A DNA stretch of 64,000 bases from the NCBI GenBank assembly GCA_050084515.1, contig CM114271.1:27900001-27964000 (forward strand), read 5' to 3'. Below the pieces are notes generated by a model that was not told where the DNA came from, ran no database searches, and saw nothing but the letters and a program-made list of their open reading frames with translations. Both the position numbers and the translations under genes were made by a program. This document shows, piece by piece, positions 1 to 13,968 of this stretch (positions are counted from its first letter, which is position 1; each line of letters starts with the position of its first letter). Source of the DNA: Blasia pusilla. Its lineage: Eukaryota.

Positions 1-1999
1 TTAAGGGCGTTAGCCCTGTTGTGATGCTCCCAATTAAGGCCACGTGTGAAGCCTTTCAACTTTTTTATTTTATCTGTGCTAAGCCAAAACTCGAATAGAA
101 AAGATGTTTTATTAATTAACTTGATTTTTTGAAAAAATGAAATGTAAAAAAATAATATATGGTGAGTTTTTCTCATGATAATTTTTTTGATTTTAAAATT
201 TTAATTATTATTTTAAATATTTGGTAAAAAATAAAAATAAAAATATTTAAAATTAATTTTGGAAGGGAATTACATATTAATCTACACAAAATTAAACATG
301 TAATGGTAGAATAGTGGATTTGTTTTCAAAAAAATGAAAATTTTTTAGTTTTTTTTTCTCAAGCTTTAATTGTGAGGGATTTCTAAAGAATATTTTGAGA
401 CAAACATTGGATCAAAATGAATGATTTTTTTTTACTATTTGAGAGATGGGGGTTGGAAAAATAAGGATAACTGATTTTTTCTCACTTAATAAGGGAAAAG
501 ATAAGCATTTAAAAAAAATAAAAATTAGAGTCTCATGATTCTTCATATATTTAAGAAAAAACTTATCTTTACAATTTATATTTCAACTTTATAATTTCAA
601 CATATGTCGAATGAAATGGTTTCATTTGATTCTCTATTTGTGAGGTATTTTCATTTCCATCGATCTAGCTGAGTGCATGGCACAAGAAAAAATATTACTA
701 GTGGTTATAAATAGAATTCCCAAAAGATTTTACAAAAAATTCTTATGAGAATACAAGGTGTCTATCATAGTAAAATCATAATCTTTATATTTATTTAAGG
801 AAGGGCATGTTACTAAATGTGGAAAGTGTATTCCACAAGAAAAAATTTTGTCTATAAAAAGGAAAAATGAGATGTCATACTACTTCTTTTGGAGATGAAA
901 CAAGATGAGTCAATAATTCAAGTGCCGTTATATTACAAACTAATGTAAAACCTTCTTTGCATTAAGAAAATAGTTATCAGATATAGGATACTATCTCTAA
1001 GAAGATTTTCATATTTTTCCTTGTGATGAAAAAATATCATGCTCCACCAATCCTATATGTAAAGTAGAAGGCTTTTAAAAATGAAGAAGTCATTATGTCT
1101 TGATAGCATAGATGGAACACTTATTAGTTTCAACTTCATTATAATTGAAAGAATTGACTTTACTTCATTAACATGGTAGGAATATTGAAAAATAAGTGAG
1201 CCTTATTATAAAAAGATGAGAGATTTTCTTGGCTTTTCTAAAGCTAGCATACGGCTTGCATTAAATTTACCAAAAAAATGGAAATTTGTTTATCTTCCTG
1301 AAAACTTAAGAAGCATGAATGGAATGTTTTCCATTAGTTACTAGATTTTTCCTTACCAATTATGATGTTACCTTAATCTCTATATTATTCTTAGAGTACA
1401 CTTTCTTGATTTGCACTATTCAAATGCATTTAACACGTGGGGCCATAAGTAAATAATTTTGAAGGGCATATAACACTTAAGTAGCAAAATAATAAATTAC
1501 AGTAAAAATATAATATGTAGGTGTCATATATTAGGAAATAATGAATGAAATTTCTAAATATTGTAAGTTTTTAGCTTGGTAGACTCTATACGTTCTTAAA
1601 AAAATGATGAATAACTAAATTATTCATGGACAAGATTCTAAAAATATGAGATAGAGACTTGGAGGGATTCCTTTCTGCTCTCCAAAGATAGATGGTCCCT
1701 CTAGCCCAATGTATTACACAAGAAAAAACATACAAGTTATAGAGATTTACATTAAAAAATAAGTCTAAATTAATTTTCCTTAAAAAAATAAATTTAGAAT
1801 CTTATCTACACCTATCCTATCCTCCTCATTCTCATCCCCGCATATTTTTTCTGTTTATATTTATATATACGTGTGATAAAAAATGGTAAAAAAACAAATC
1901 AAGCCCGTGAGACCCAAAAGGTTTAAAGGCTTAAAAACACATCAAAAGTAATACACCAAAAGAAGAAAAGACCCTAAAGGCCTTATTCTAGCCAATGCC

Positions 2000-3110
2000 C
2001 AGAGCACTTGAACGATGAATAATGATATCACTAATATAATAATTTAAATCATAAAACATCAATTATAGTAAAGAATAGAAATTCCCCATATCATTTTTTT
2101 GAGATAGTCTAATCTCTTCATATCTATGACATGTAAGAAACACATGTTCTTTGTCCTCAATACTTCCTACGTCACATAACCTATGAATTTTTTCGTTTCT
2201 ATCAATGTTGAGCCATCATTTTTCCTTGATGCGTACTCTATGAGAAACTGTCCGCTGCCGTGCGATAATATGACGTAAGAAAGTGAAGATCCTTGCAAGT
2301 AGGTACCTTGTTCACAACATACAAGCATAGGATTAATCTGAAGTTGATACTACTCCATTTTTGTGTCCGGGCTGCTCCAAATAATGTTGAGAAATCACTT
2401 TGGTAGATGCTCGCAGGCTGCTATTTGTTTCAAGTCTCAATCCTGTTTAGTCACATTCCATTCTGTAGACCAAGTCACAAAATCTGTAATCCATCCTATG
2501 GAGTATATGACTCTTAAAGCTTGATGAGGGAGGCAAGAAATATCACCCTTGCGAAGAGCTTCCACCTCAAGCGGTAGACAACCTATTTCTGTAAGAAGAA
2601 TAATATTAGGAGTTTGATTTCTCACATCTAATTCTTCTTGTAGAAATGTCTTTTGTACCCTCCCCATGCGCTCCCAACCTATCTTCTTATAAGTCGGGCC
2701 TTAGACTTGGGTCCCATATGAGATTGAAGTGGTAACGGAGCTCTTAAATAAGAACTTCCTAAGATCCCAAGATACAATGTGAGCTTATCTACACGGATTT
2801 AAAAGTGAATATAGAGCTTTGTAACTTGCTTCTACTCTCTTTTCAAGGCAAAAGCGCCCAACTATATTTATGAGACAAATCAATGCCTAGATACTTTTAG
2901 CTCTTGGCTTATTCTAATTTTTTACCTTTGTAAAAGAACAAGAACTTGAATCTAGTACCCACTACAACAACTTTAGACTTCTCCGTGTTAACCTCCATTT
3001 GATTCTTGATACAAAAACTTTGCAAAGTGTTGAGGTGTTTTTGCAACCAGATTGCATGTGGTGTTAGTAACATATATCATCGGCATACAATAAAGCTTTG
3101 ATAACAATAT
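2000..3110 (-). pseudogene. Degenerate 5'-truncated LINE, reverse transcriptase and C-terminal region
   Basis: Minus strand reads VIKALLYADDICY (~3070-3105, RT YADD motif), the LINE-like segment of ORF 2437..2667 and a C-terminal EDKEHVFLTC zinc-knuckle remnant (~2130-2165). Many stops and frameshifts; boundaries approximate. Confidence 0.7.
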
Positions 3111-4361
3111 ATATGGGGGGTAGGCTTGAAATTTTCCTTACCAAATGTGTCTATCTTCTTTGCTCAAGGAAGGAGTTTTCCTCGCCTATTGTGCTCATAT
3201 ATTATAGACAACGAGTCTCTATCACTTTATAACGTGTTTGAGCTAATGGGCTTCTAAGGCTGGTTCAAGTTGTGGGAGACGCCATTACTAGAGGCTCTCA
3301 TATTGTTGGCCATGTTTCTTTAGTTGTTTTTGATATTTTTGGTGATGTTAGATTTTAGGGATTTCACCCATTTTCTTCCTCCCCAATGGGTATGGCCTTG
3401 AAGTTCCCCCACTATTGAATCTTCCCTTCTTGTACATTTGATGGGGTCCCCCATCTTCTTCTATTCATGTCATGTATTTTGATTTTTTTCCCCTATTTAA
3501 AAAATCTCTCTTCATCTCTCAGATGAAATTCAACCTTATCTCTCTTGCCCTCTTCTATTGAAAATTAATCATTTTCTAGTGAAATCCTTAGTTAAAATTT
3601 ATCTATTCCCCTCCTTTATTGAGTATTAGACACCTTCAAAACTAGTGTGCCCCCCTCATAATGTAAGATAAAGTAAGGTATTGGCAGAGTAGAATAGTAC
3701 AACAAGAAGATCCAACGTGATCTGCAACTTAACATGACATATGAGAAAATTTTAGATAAGGTGTCATAGATATAGGTAGAGCATTGAGGGGGATCCAAAT
3801 CCGTTTTGGGGTTCAGACTTTGGGGGTAAACATTCCTTGTGAATCAATCCCTTATTGGAAAAAAAAATCCTTTTCTCTCTTTTACTCCCCTATTGAAATA
3901 AAGAACGCTAGCCTTTTTAGAACTTTCTTTGTGAATTCGTTCCTAGCAAAAAAAAACTCTTTATGTCTTCTCATGCCATATTGAAACTTAGCATTGTAAT
4001 TTTCCCCTTATTAGACTCTCCATGTAAAAAATTTTGCTTTGGTTTTGGTCATTAAATTGGTTAAAATTCCACCTTATCTCCCCTCGTGAAAGGTTCAAAA
4101 TGTGAAAATAAATGTTGACACACAAAGAATATGACCACTCCCAAAACTCCATGTGGGAAGCCTTGCCACATGGCATTCATGTGATATCTTTTTACACCTT
4201 TATCTCTCCTCCCCACTAATAAGGAAATTTTAAAACTTTAAACTCTTTTTTATCGTGAAGCCCTCCCAACTTCTTATTATTTTTCATATCTTTCCTACTC
4301 GATTGGTAATTAAACATTTAAAAATATATGAACACTTCTTACCAAATGAGAGCCAAAGTTC

Positions 4362-4500
4362 ATTATGAAAGAGGGGCACAAGAGTCACCATGACGTCCTT
4401 TTAGGGTTTCAAGAGGAGGATTGGTGAGAGTTGTGGTAGATGGCTTACATAGAGTGGTGTGAGATACAATAGGTTCCTACACAAAGAACAGCCTCATCTC
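4362..4500 (+). repeat. Small decayed fragment of the gag 5' region of the DNMT3-bearing gypsy family
   Basis: gaggggcacaagagtcaccatgacgtccttttagggtttcaagagg aligns by eye with gaggggcacaagggccatcacggcatccttttaggattttgagagg at ~44576-44620; similarity continues to ~4500/44710. Confidence 0.6.
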
Positions 4501-4960
4501 ACAAAAACTCCATGCTTTATCTCATGGCGATAAAATCCATGGGTCTACTTTTTTCTTCAATTTGAAAAACAAATCCTGTAAAAATTTCAAAGAAATTTTT
4601 TGATATTTGGTATTAAGATTTTTTTTCATCCCCTAGTTTGTTGATTTAAATTTTAAAATTGCATTTTGAAAATTTCTTTTTAAGATTTAGCATGAAATGG
4701 GAATTCCAAAAGGTTTCCTCCATGGGTGGACATATTCTCTAATTTATTGAGTGAGACGCAAAAGCATCTTACCCTCGGTCAAGTTTAACCACGGTTCAGA
4801 CGACGTCTTCCACGTTGGGTCAATTAACAAGAGTGATGGCAGATTCAAATTTCAAATGTTAGGGCTTGGGCGTAGAGCTTCCGAATAGAAGAAATAAGTG
4901 TTCAGGTAGACGCTGCAGATGAGCGAACGGTGACGAAGAGAACGCGAGGAATTGAAGGAT

Positions 4961-6861
4961 ATGTCGATGGCGCTCCTGGAAGAAGGGGGCGATGAGGTGC
5001 TGTTCGACGAAGTATTGTTAGCTGCAGTGGATGCAGCTGTTTCAAGGCGATTGCGACGACCCGGGCAGCACGCGGCAGCACCGTCTCTGGTTCTGTCTAC
5101 TCCACAGAAGAAGCTTATGATCACTCATGTTTCGGAGAACTTGAAGCCTCCTCCCGTGGTTGCGCAGGCAGCGCCGACGTCTGATGCATGCTTCCAGAAT
5201 TTTGAGAGGGGAGATGGAGGAAGAGCAAACTACCCGAAGCAACCGGGATATGGTGGGGTTGCACCGCCTTGGTGTCCAGGAGGTGGTAAAAAGGAAATTA
5301 ATCAACAGGGATTTGGTGCAAATGGCGCTTCAATTTGGGGTAATGGGGCTGGTGAGACGAAACAAACAGGATTTCTGGCGAAGCAAGGTGCTGTTTGGGG
5401 TGGCCGACGGCCAATGCAAGAGCTAGCACCGGCTGTCAATTCACACTGGGTGGGTTCGCATGAAATGGTAGAGAGGCCATCCAGTACTCTATGGGTTCAG
5501 GCCGAGGTCCCGAGCTCTTCCAAGGAGCGTGATGGCTTGTGGTTTTCGGGTTTGACCGGAGTGTCGATGTTCAAAGAGTGTCAAGAAGCAGCTATGCGGG
5601 TTGGAAGATCTCTCAAACCCCCTGAATCCTCATATTAACTTTGAAGCATATCTCTCCGGAAGGACTTCAAATGTCTTTGGTGTAAATGTCTAAGGGTTTA
5701 TTTCTGCACTTTGATGACTCCTTAAGAATGATCGGATATCTTTTACCAGAAATGACGAGAAATCTACTAGATTTCGATATCTTTGTCTTTGTGCAACATC
5801 CTTTGCGAGCTTTCACTGTAGAATGAGCATGACTGGAGCATGGTCCGCATGATGGAAAGCAATGCAGCCGTATCTTCAGATGGAATTGGCTGACTAGGTC
5901 ATCTTATGTTGAATAAGCCCCAGGATGGAGCTACGTTGCTGACCGGCTGCTTTGGGGTGCACTGTCGAATCACAGACATTGGTGCCAACCGACTACATGA
6001 TGATGCAAGGGAAGCCATTCATAAAAAAGTCTGGTAAGAATCCGGCAATACAAATATACACATTTTACCGCACAGATGTTTGAAGGTTTTGAGTTTGTGC
6101 TTTGCAGTCATTATTCTATGATACGTTCTGGTCTCCAATCCAAAAGGAAACGTACCCTTGACTTCAGATGTGACAACTAAAGTTTTGCCAGCTATGGTCT
6201 GATTGACAATGGCTCACATGATTAAATTGCTTCTATCACGCACTCTGCTGAAATATGACTTTTCTTAGGTTGGCGGAAAATTGCCTTCTTTTTCAACATC
6301 TCGTTTGAGATCAAGGACAAAAACATACAATTTGACCCTAATGCGAATGTGCTGCGTGCTGAGTTTACTGTGCGAGCAAGCATGCCGTGGGTACCTCCGC
6401 ACCTTGACTCATCTGGTGCAATGGCTGGATTCTCTTAACATTTTTCAAATTATTTTTTGGAAACTGTGGAGGAAGATTTTTGTCGTGGACTACCGTGGAG
6501 AATTCTGACGGTGTGCTTCATCCTTCTCGGGTAAATCTTTAATCCGCTGGGAATGAACGTAAACCAGATCTGGACGCTTCACCGATTCATGGGGCTCCTG
6601 TGATCGTGGGGAAAAGAGATTTTCGAAGCCGAATCATGACATCCCCAGCACGGCAGAGACACGAGCTAAAACCAGAGCATGTCAGGTAATAATTTTGATG
6701 TACCGGACATCCAAGCACGGAGCCAAATCTGTGTGTCATGCGTCTCGCAGCCATGCTGTTCTCCGTGGACGCCTTTACTCGCGTGCCTGACTCTCCCAAC
6801 TCTGGTTTTGCAGGATTTGCTGGGCATTGGGGAGTATAAATCAGATGGTGGAGTCCACTGA
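4961..6861 (+). CDS. Conserved plant uncharacterised protein, 5 exons: low-complexity N-terminus, conserved C-terminal domain
   Basis: GT-AG exons 4961-5599, 5976-6033, 6269-6386, 6568-6685 and 6814-6861 splice in frame to ...FKECQEAAMR-TLVPTDYMMMQGKPFIKKSGWRKIAFFFNISFEIKDKNIQFD...GRFTDSWGSCDRGEKRFSKPNHDIPSTAETRAKTRACQDLLGIGEYKSDGGVH*. Confidence 0.85.
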
Positions 6862-7974
6862 TGAACTCATGCCACGACCATTTTAAAGAGTGGATTTCGA
6901 AGTCAAAAGCAGCTTTAACGGGAAGCGGATCTGGCGAAGCAACTTTCCGGGTGTGGTCCATTGCGCTATCCATCCTCCTGGAAACGGCGCTTTCACATAT
7001 ATTACTCCTCATCGTACTGTTTAATGTGGAAGTAGATCCTCTTCCCCACTTCTGGTGGAAAATGAGACGTGCGAAAGCGCCGAAATCATTTTTTACTTGG
7101 TTTAATGTGAAGCCAGAACACCGTCTGTACAGTTATCGGATAGATAGAAGAAGGGTGTCATTCCCCCTTGCACGTTGAATATTTGGTGCACCTATCACCC
7201 TCCACGTTTTGACTTTCACGTGATGCGTGTTGAACATTTACTGTACCTGTTTCTTCCACGTCTTACAATCCAAACGATTACACATTCAGAACTTTCGGCT
7301 TGTACAACGTTCAAATTTGTCCACAATTTTTACTTTGTGTAAACTTATTGTCCTCTGTTGCCACCCGCTTCCAGGTAAAAGAGCCATCTGACTTTACCAT
7401 TCTGAATTAACTTTTTAAATGATAGAATTCGACAGTTCCAGAAAAGTCTTCTGTCTTGCTATAAAAAGAAATTGCGCAGACACAATATCCACTAGCAGAT
7501 AATAGCTCTTTGTCTCGTGAGAACTTTATGAACCCCTTCACGCTAAAAGGTGGACTAGTACGACGCAGATGGATACGAAGTTTTCCACAAAGACGTATCA
7601 TCATTGGAAGCTTCCTCCCTGCGATTCTAAGAGCATGTACTTCACTGCTCGCAATCTAGAATCTGATATGATCAGTGCACACAAAACTGGCAGTTTAGCG
7701 TCTGTTTATCACGCTAGTTTAATGCTGGAAGGTTCCTTGACGTATCGGCACGATCCGTGGATTCCGTGCTACTTCAATTCCTAAACTTTCTCCGTCCGCT
7801 TCAAAAGACTAGGAGACTGTTGAGTATCCCAAATGAACAAAAGCAATCCTCCTCCGAGTCCTCCCCACGGAGCCCCGCAGTATGATAAATTATGGATTTG
7901 TGGGGGTCCACCACGGATGAGTCCCCCGCAACTGGTGAATATTTGCAGCCCTAATTGTACGATATACCACACCA

Positions 7975-10900
7975 TCAACTTCTCCACGCAGCTGACTCTT
8001 CGAGATCGACGTCGTCCTCCCACCACGTGGACGTCTGTGCAAAATTAAGAAATGTGAGACTTCTTCGTTCACCAATTAGGTGGAACGAACGTGCGACGAT
8101 GTGCGTTGGTCTTCAAGAACACACACAAGTCTTCTTGGAAGGTCAAAAGGTACGAGACAGGAGGAAATGAACACAAACCTTGTAACCCCTTCTAAGAAAA
8201 GCAAGTGTTGAGCCCTCTTCTTCTTGCAGACCTAGCGATGTCAGCAGCTCCTCCTTGGTCTGCAACGAAGAAATGGCTGGTGAGAACTATTGGCTGGCAA
8301 GTTCACCTCACCTATGAATATCCGAATGAAAAGAAGTCATGGCGAAAACTCCATTAGGCCGGAAGGGACGTCTCACGGGGAGTCCAAAAATAAGCGAGCC
8401 ACATGGGGCCCTCAATAGAGTGAAAGGTTGAACCCTTCCCGAATGCGAAATAGATCCACAACAGCTGAAGTTTGTACCTGGCCCAGAGTATATCGGTCTT
8501 TGCTTTCCGCAATACAAGCATAAGAACCATCCACCTGTTTTAGCATCACCTGCCAGGGCCCTATCGAGCACGAAAACATTTGAGGACATCAAGTCGATCA
8601 CAAGGAATGAAATTCAGATGGTATTCTTCTACGAACGTATGAAACATTTGTTCCCAGAAATTCCAGCTCAAAATCTTCGTAAACTGCCCTGTCCTGCTCC
8701 CAACAGTTCTCCCGGCAGAACAATAATCCGAAATCTGAAGAAGTAATCTTGATATCCATCAAGCTCCAACGAACCTGGGTGCTGTCGAAACAGAGCGCCG
8801 CTGTAGTTAAGGATGAACGGAGCAACAGGTATGCTCTGCGCCGGGAGGCCAAAACGGTTTAGTACATTCGTTGCTATTTGCAATGAAATGATATGAAAAT
8901 TTCAGAAGTGCATCATGAGTGTATGAGATCTCAATGTTGAGTCATTGAGTGTATGCGCATGGTCCTAATTTTAGGACGATGTTCACCTTAGAGTAGTCTC
9001 TGGTCCGAATGTAGAAAACAGGCATAAATTGTGCGAGGAATCTGTAATGGACGTCTTTGGTCGGAAATCCAAACAGTCCAAGATCTGACCTGAAGATCAT
9101 GACAAATCTAACCGAGTAAGATCCTCACGGTTCTTAGCGAAAGTAACTATTCAACAAATATATAGGTTCAAATCCTATTTATGCGTAAACTAAATAATCA
9201 TACTCAAAAAGAAGAGTTTGATCCTGGCTCAGAATGAACGCTAGCGATATGCTTAACACATGCAAGTCGAACGTTGTTTTCGTCCTTACGTGTTGACACA
9301 ACTGAGTGAACGAGAATCTTCCAATCTACCTGACATATTTGTCAAATGTACCAATTATTTCAACATGACTTGTTCAGTTAGTGGCGAGCCTGTGCTGCTT
9401 GTAGTGTAAAAGCAAAGAATCATTGAGAACAAAGTTTTTATACCGGAGCGTGTCTATCTCCAGATTGAATAGAAGAAACGGAGTAGTTTTGGCGAAATAC
9501 TCCTGCGTATGACAAGCGGAGTTGGTCAGTCTACACTCTCGACAATCTGCGATCTCGAATGGCAGGTCTCGGTAGATTATCTTTACCGCGTATTGCTCGA
9601 CAGCAGGTAGCTCGTTGGTAGTGCAGTTTATGATGATGTACAGGTTGGGCGATGCGTTTTCTTGTCCTGCACATGCAACAGAAAGACAAGACAACACAGA
9701 AGAAATGGATCAGTTAGTTTCGACAATCATGAGGAGCTGAAGACAGATGTAAAGCGAGTTCATCTCCAAGTCCTGCTCTACAGATGATTTCTCTATAGCC
9801 TGGTTGCTGATGATAACTTTTTTCTCACTCCCTTTTCGCTAGGGTATCACTCCCTAATATCGCTTTTCAATATAACATCAAGTAATCAATTTTGTAGACC
9901 GCAGGGATCTTCAGTGTCCCAAGGATGGTTGTCTGTCCACATCATGCTATTTTACCTTTCCACATCAGGATTGTCTTCGTCTCTATCGAAACATGACTTA
10001 ATAAATTTCAGTCGTCCAACTCAAGTTCGACAATTTACAAGACTCGAGAATCCTCAACACATCAGCTGGACAGGGGAAGAGACTGACCATTTTGACGTGG
10101 ACAACAAAGAAAAAAAAGCACATCTACTTGAGCGCAAATCGACAAAAATTAAAGATATGGTTCAGTTATGAATGGAGCAAAATCACACTACCTCCGACAT
10201 CTTCTTCAAAATCGAAATCAAAGACATTTCGTATTTGTCCCAGGAAATTGTTGCTCGCTCCCCCAGGAACATCGTCCAAGGAACCGAAGCTGATGCAAGG
10301 GGTCTGTACAATGGCAGATTGATTTAGAAGATCACATTCTTGTACAAATGCCTGTGCTCGGAACCAATTTATACGGTGAATATCTCTAAGGGAAACTCCA
10401 AAATCTGTATGGGTGAGAATACTACACGGGGTCAGCGTTCACCTGCCACAAAATAACCGACAGAGAATTTGAGAAGTGTAGGTAAGTTTGTTTTATCGCT
10501 AAAATGCTTCTGACTGCAAGAAAGTGCGAATCTGATTTTGATGTATCTTACCAGTTCCAGAGCTGACTTGAACACTCGTGAACCCCTTCGTCTTTCGGGT
10601 TTGTCAGGGAATACCTTAAGAGAAAATCAGGATCTCGAGCGTTACAACATTTGCTGAAAGTAAGGAACCTGAAGATTGGCTATTGAAATTCATGAGACAG
10701 ACCTCAACGTCAGACAAAGGATGAACTACCTAATCGGCGAGACTTTCTAAGATGACATAGAAACAAGTTACTTGCTAATTCGTCCTCAATTCCTCAGGTA
10801 GCAGCATGGTTCTATTTATTAATTTCCCTGTAAACTTGCCTCATCAAGCTGGCAGCTTAGATAATAATCTCAGCGTCAGACATTCGCTTGCTCACTTTTG

Positions 10901-12392
10901 CCCCTTCGGCAACCAGCCTTCGAGCTTCTACAGATGTTTTGAACCAAGGGAATGACGAATGACAAATCTGGTCACTGAGGGCTTGAATTCTCTGATGCAA
11001 GTAGCTCTACAACACGACACTAGGACTGACGACAATTCGCAGAGGGTGTCCACAACCAGAACTTACAATTTTCGTGGTAATCCCTTTGAGCTCGTGCAAC
11101 TTACGAGCCAATGTCACAGCAAGTTGTATGTTGGCATCGATGAACTCATCCGATGATCCCTGTCAGCAGACAGACGAGAAAAAAAAATTCAGAGAAAAAT
11201 ATACGTGCACGGTTGGCCCACTGGAAAGTTATGTTCAGCACATAAAAGAAAATTCATATGGATACCGATGTGACAAGGAAGATCGAAGATGTTCGCGATA
11301 AAAAAACCCAGGTAATACTTATGATAGCTCGACTAGAATTGATTTGTTTTGGTAACTTAAATTCATACCAAATCTTAACAGAATGCATGAGAAAAGTCCT
11401 CAACTCCTTAACCTTCGGCTGTTCCGCTATATCACGACATCTTCAAAAACATAAAGCAGAAAGTAAACAATTTCCTCGGAAAACTACGAGTTCGATTATG
11501 ATGGACACTGTTTTGCTGGTCCATACAATTGTGAACGAGCATCACTAACATCCAATTACACACTGGTTTGGAGAAGCTGGCAGCCGCACCTTGTAGCCTG
11601 ACACGCTGCTTGGCAGAGGTCTGAATCGAAAGTCCATGACAAGCATTAAGAGGAATAAATCAGAGTGTCAGTCGAGATCTCTGCGGGATTCAAAAAGAGT
11701 TCCGAAATCAACCAGAAACCACTCTCCCATCCACTGGGATGTCGTAGAACCATGTTGAACTGTGGCTACTTGAAGTTGAAAAACTTGACGAGAGCTTACG
11801 GGAATTCAACTTCCATTCGTAGCTTCCCCTCGTCGAGAGCATACGCCACAGAGTTCGCTGCGTCTGCATCAGCCACCGAAAAACTTTCTTTGTCTGAGAC
11901 TAGTCGGATGGAAATTGAATCTCAGCGGCCTCGTCTCACATCTCAAGTCATTCATTCATTAATTCGACGCAAGTAGAACGCAATATACAAGCAACGTCGC
12001 AACATTCTACTACGGAATTGAGGGTACTATGACGAAAATTTCCCACTTAGCACTGAATTCTCAACTCAACATGAACGGCACGAGAAATTACCGGTCACCA
12101 AGACATCATACGAAGCTGGCTTATAAACATCCACTCCAGCTGCGGCTGTGGATCCTTCCTCCACTTGTGCCGTTGCTCTAACGGTGCAACCGCACCAGCT
12201 CCGTCTCCTGATGCTCTCAGCTTTCATATGGCTCTGCTCACGCAATGTCGGCACTCTTCTTAAGGCTCCTGCGCCAAAACAAACTCCGCTCGGCCTCCAT
12301 TCCACAGCTTCCGTTACAACATCTCTCGCCACAGATCCACACACAGCAAGAGGCGAAACTCTCCCGATTCCGGTCGCTGCTGTGAGCGCCAT
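7975..12392 (-). CDS. LPA3: LOW PSII ACCUMULATION 3-like chloroplast protein (DUF1995), 13 exons
   Basis: Exons approx. 12092-12392, 11800-11863, 11590-11620, 11067-11159, 10552-10614, 10192-10303, 9586-9666, 9444-9502, 8987-9089, 8775-8835, 8478-8560, 8179-8259 and 7975-8034. Spliced product has a transit-peptide-like start, then [25 protein letters not shown]...[15 protein letters not shown]...[10 protein letters not shown]...[19 protein letters not shown]...[16 protein letters not shown]...[14 protein letters not shown], matching LPA3. Confidence 0.93.
9155..9282 (+). rRNA. rrn18: NUMT: 3' half of a mitochondrial tRNA, spacer and 5' ~70-85 nt of mitochondrial SSU rRNA (non-functional fragment in an LPA3 intron)
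   Basis: AGAGTTTGATCCTGGCTCAGAATGAACGCTAGCGATATGCTTAACACATGCAAGTCGAACGTTGTTTTCG at 9213-9282 is a plant-mitochondrial-type SSU 5' end. A perfect T-arm ATAGG-TTCAAAT-CCTAT lies at 9162-9178. Confidence 0.85.
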
Positions 12393-13968
12393 TGATCTCA
12401 GCTGCACCGAATTCAAATCGCCTCTTCTCTCCTCTCCTCTCCTCTCCTCTCCTGTCTCTGTCCTCTCCCGTGCTTCAAATTGTACACGTCCCATTCTTCT
12501 GCTTCTTTCCCATCGACGAACTTGAACGGATGAGCGGATGGGGCTTATCTTCTCTCGCCACTCTAGAATTGGAGACGCTCCATATATAGCGTCTAGGTGT
12601 CCGGAGGACAACCTAGACGCTACCAGCGGTCTATTTAGTTGAGTTCTTATTTAGAGATCCTGATTTCAAAACGGATAATGGAACGTCTTCTTCCGTGGCA
12701 AGGCGTCCTCGACCCTCTGTATTTGACCGGGATGCCAAATTGGCCCGTATGTAGCGGGTTCCGGCTTTCGACTTGGCTGTTGGACTTAGTTCCAGACGCC
12801 GGTTCGTCCTTCGCTGCTTAGATATAGAAGAATTAAGTCCCCGAATTCAACTATTCCGCTAAATTTCCGCTCATTGTGCGAGTATCATATTTCTCTTCCC
12901 ACGCTTAACGCGAAGTTTGGTTGTTACGAGTTCTCTTTTCTTCGCACTCATGTTGGTGGCAGTAGCTCTGAGAAGCTATGTTTTCTTTCCCATCCGTGTC
13001 TTCGAAACTGGTTCCCCGTACCCCATGGTGCGATTGATTCGGTGTCAAGCCAAAGAGTTGAGATCAGTATGTGGAGAATGGGTTGTCCGGTTTGTGCCCA
13101 CGAGAATCCTCTTCCCTACGGTGCAAGTCCAAGCGGATTTGGGAGGAGAGTTTTTTCCGTATCGCTCTTTTAGGCTTTGGTCACGCCTCGTTTCTTACAT
13201 ATCACTCTTTTATGCTGTGGTCGCGCATCGGTTGTGAATTTTTGTTACAGGCAGGAAAGTTTTTTTTCTCACTTAGAATGTAACGAAGTATGGCTTTAAA
13301 GAGTAAATAGGTTGAAGTATAGCATTCAATTTTGGTTTGTACTTCATGTCAGAATTGAGGGTTTTCCTATGTTTTTAATCTCAAAACCACTCATTTGTGT
13401 TGATATGCCGAAGAGCATGTGGAAGAGATACTCTGGACACGAAGGCTAACTAAAGTTACGGTCCACAACATACCTATGTCTAATGTATTATCACAGGAAC
13501 TGGGGTTAGATATGTGAACTTATTCTGTGGAAATTTCCTCTATCAGTACGAGTACAATGCTTGCTTGGATTTCTGTAGCATGATGTCCCAGAAACTTTCA
13601 TCACCAAGTCCAAATCGGACTCCTGCCTCAAAGAAATCCTCAATATGGGCTACGGAGTGTCCTCGGGCATATTTAATCCAACCAGAGTACATCAGAGCCA
13701 ATACTCTTTTCAGCATCTGGACGACTCTCATGGTATCTCAAATACATCTGAATTTGAATGCTTAATCTAATATCCTGGTCAGGACCAGATGTGAAATTCT
13801 ACAGTCTGGTACTGATTTTTCTAGGTCTCAAATTACTACACTTCACCAGCAATTCGTGGTTGAAGGTCTGTGTGATGTTGAATCCTTCGGATTTTTCAAG
13901 AATGCAAGACTGTGTTTCCTTTCGCCAAAGCGCAAAGGATCCATGGCAAGGATGGCTGATGGTAACTA

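Noticed and set aside
1-2000. Transposase remnant in the AT-rich left end
   Set aside because: Probably decayed TE, but I could not identify any motif or terminus with confidence.
6861-7960. Short ORFs between the convergent genes
   Set aside because: No recognisable motifs; expected 3' UTR/intergenic sequence.
9213-9282. Bacterial 16S rRNA gene or contamination
   Set aside because: Only ~70 nt, plant-mitochondrial-type sequence, embedded in an intron of a well-formed nuclear gene.
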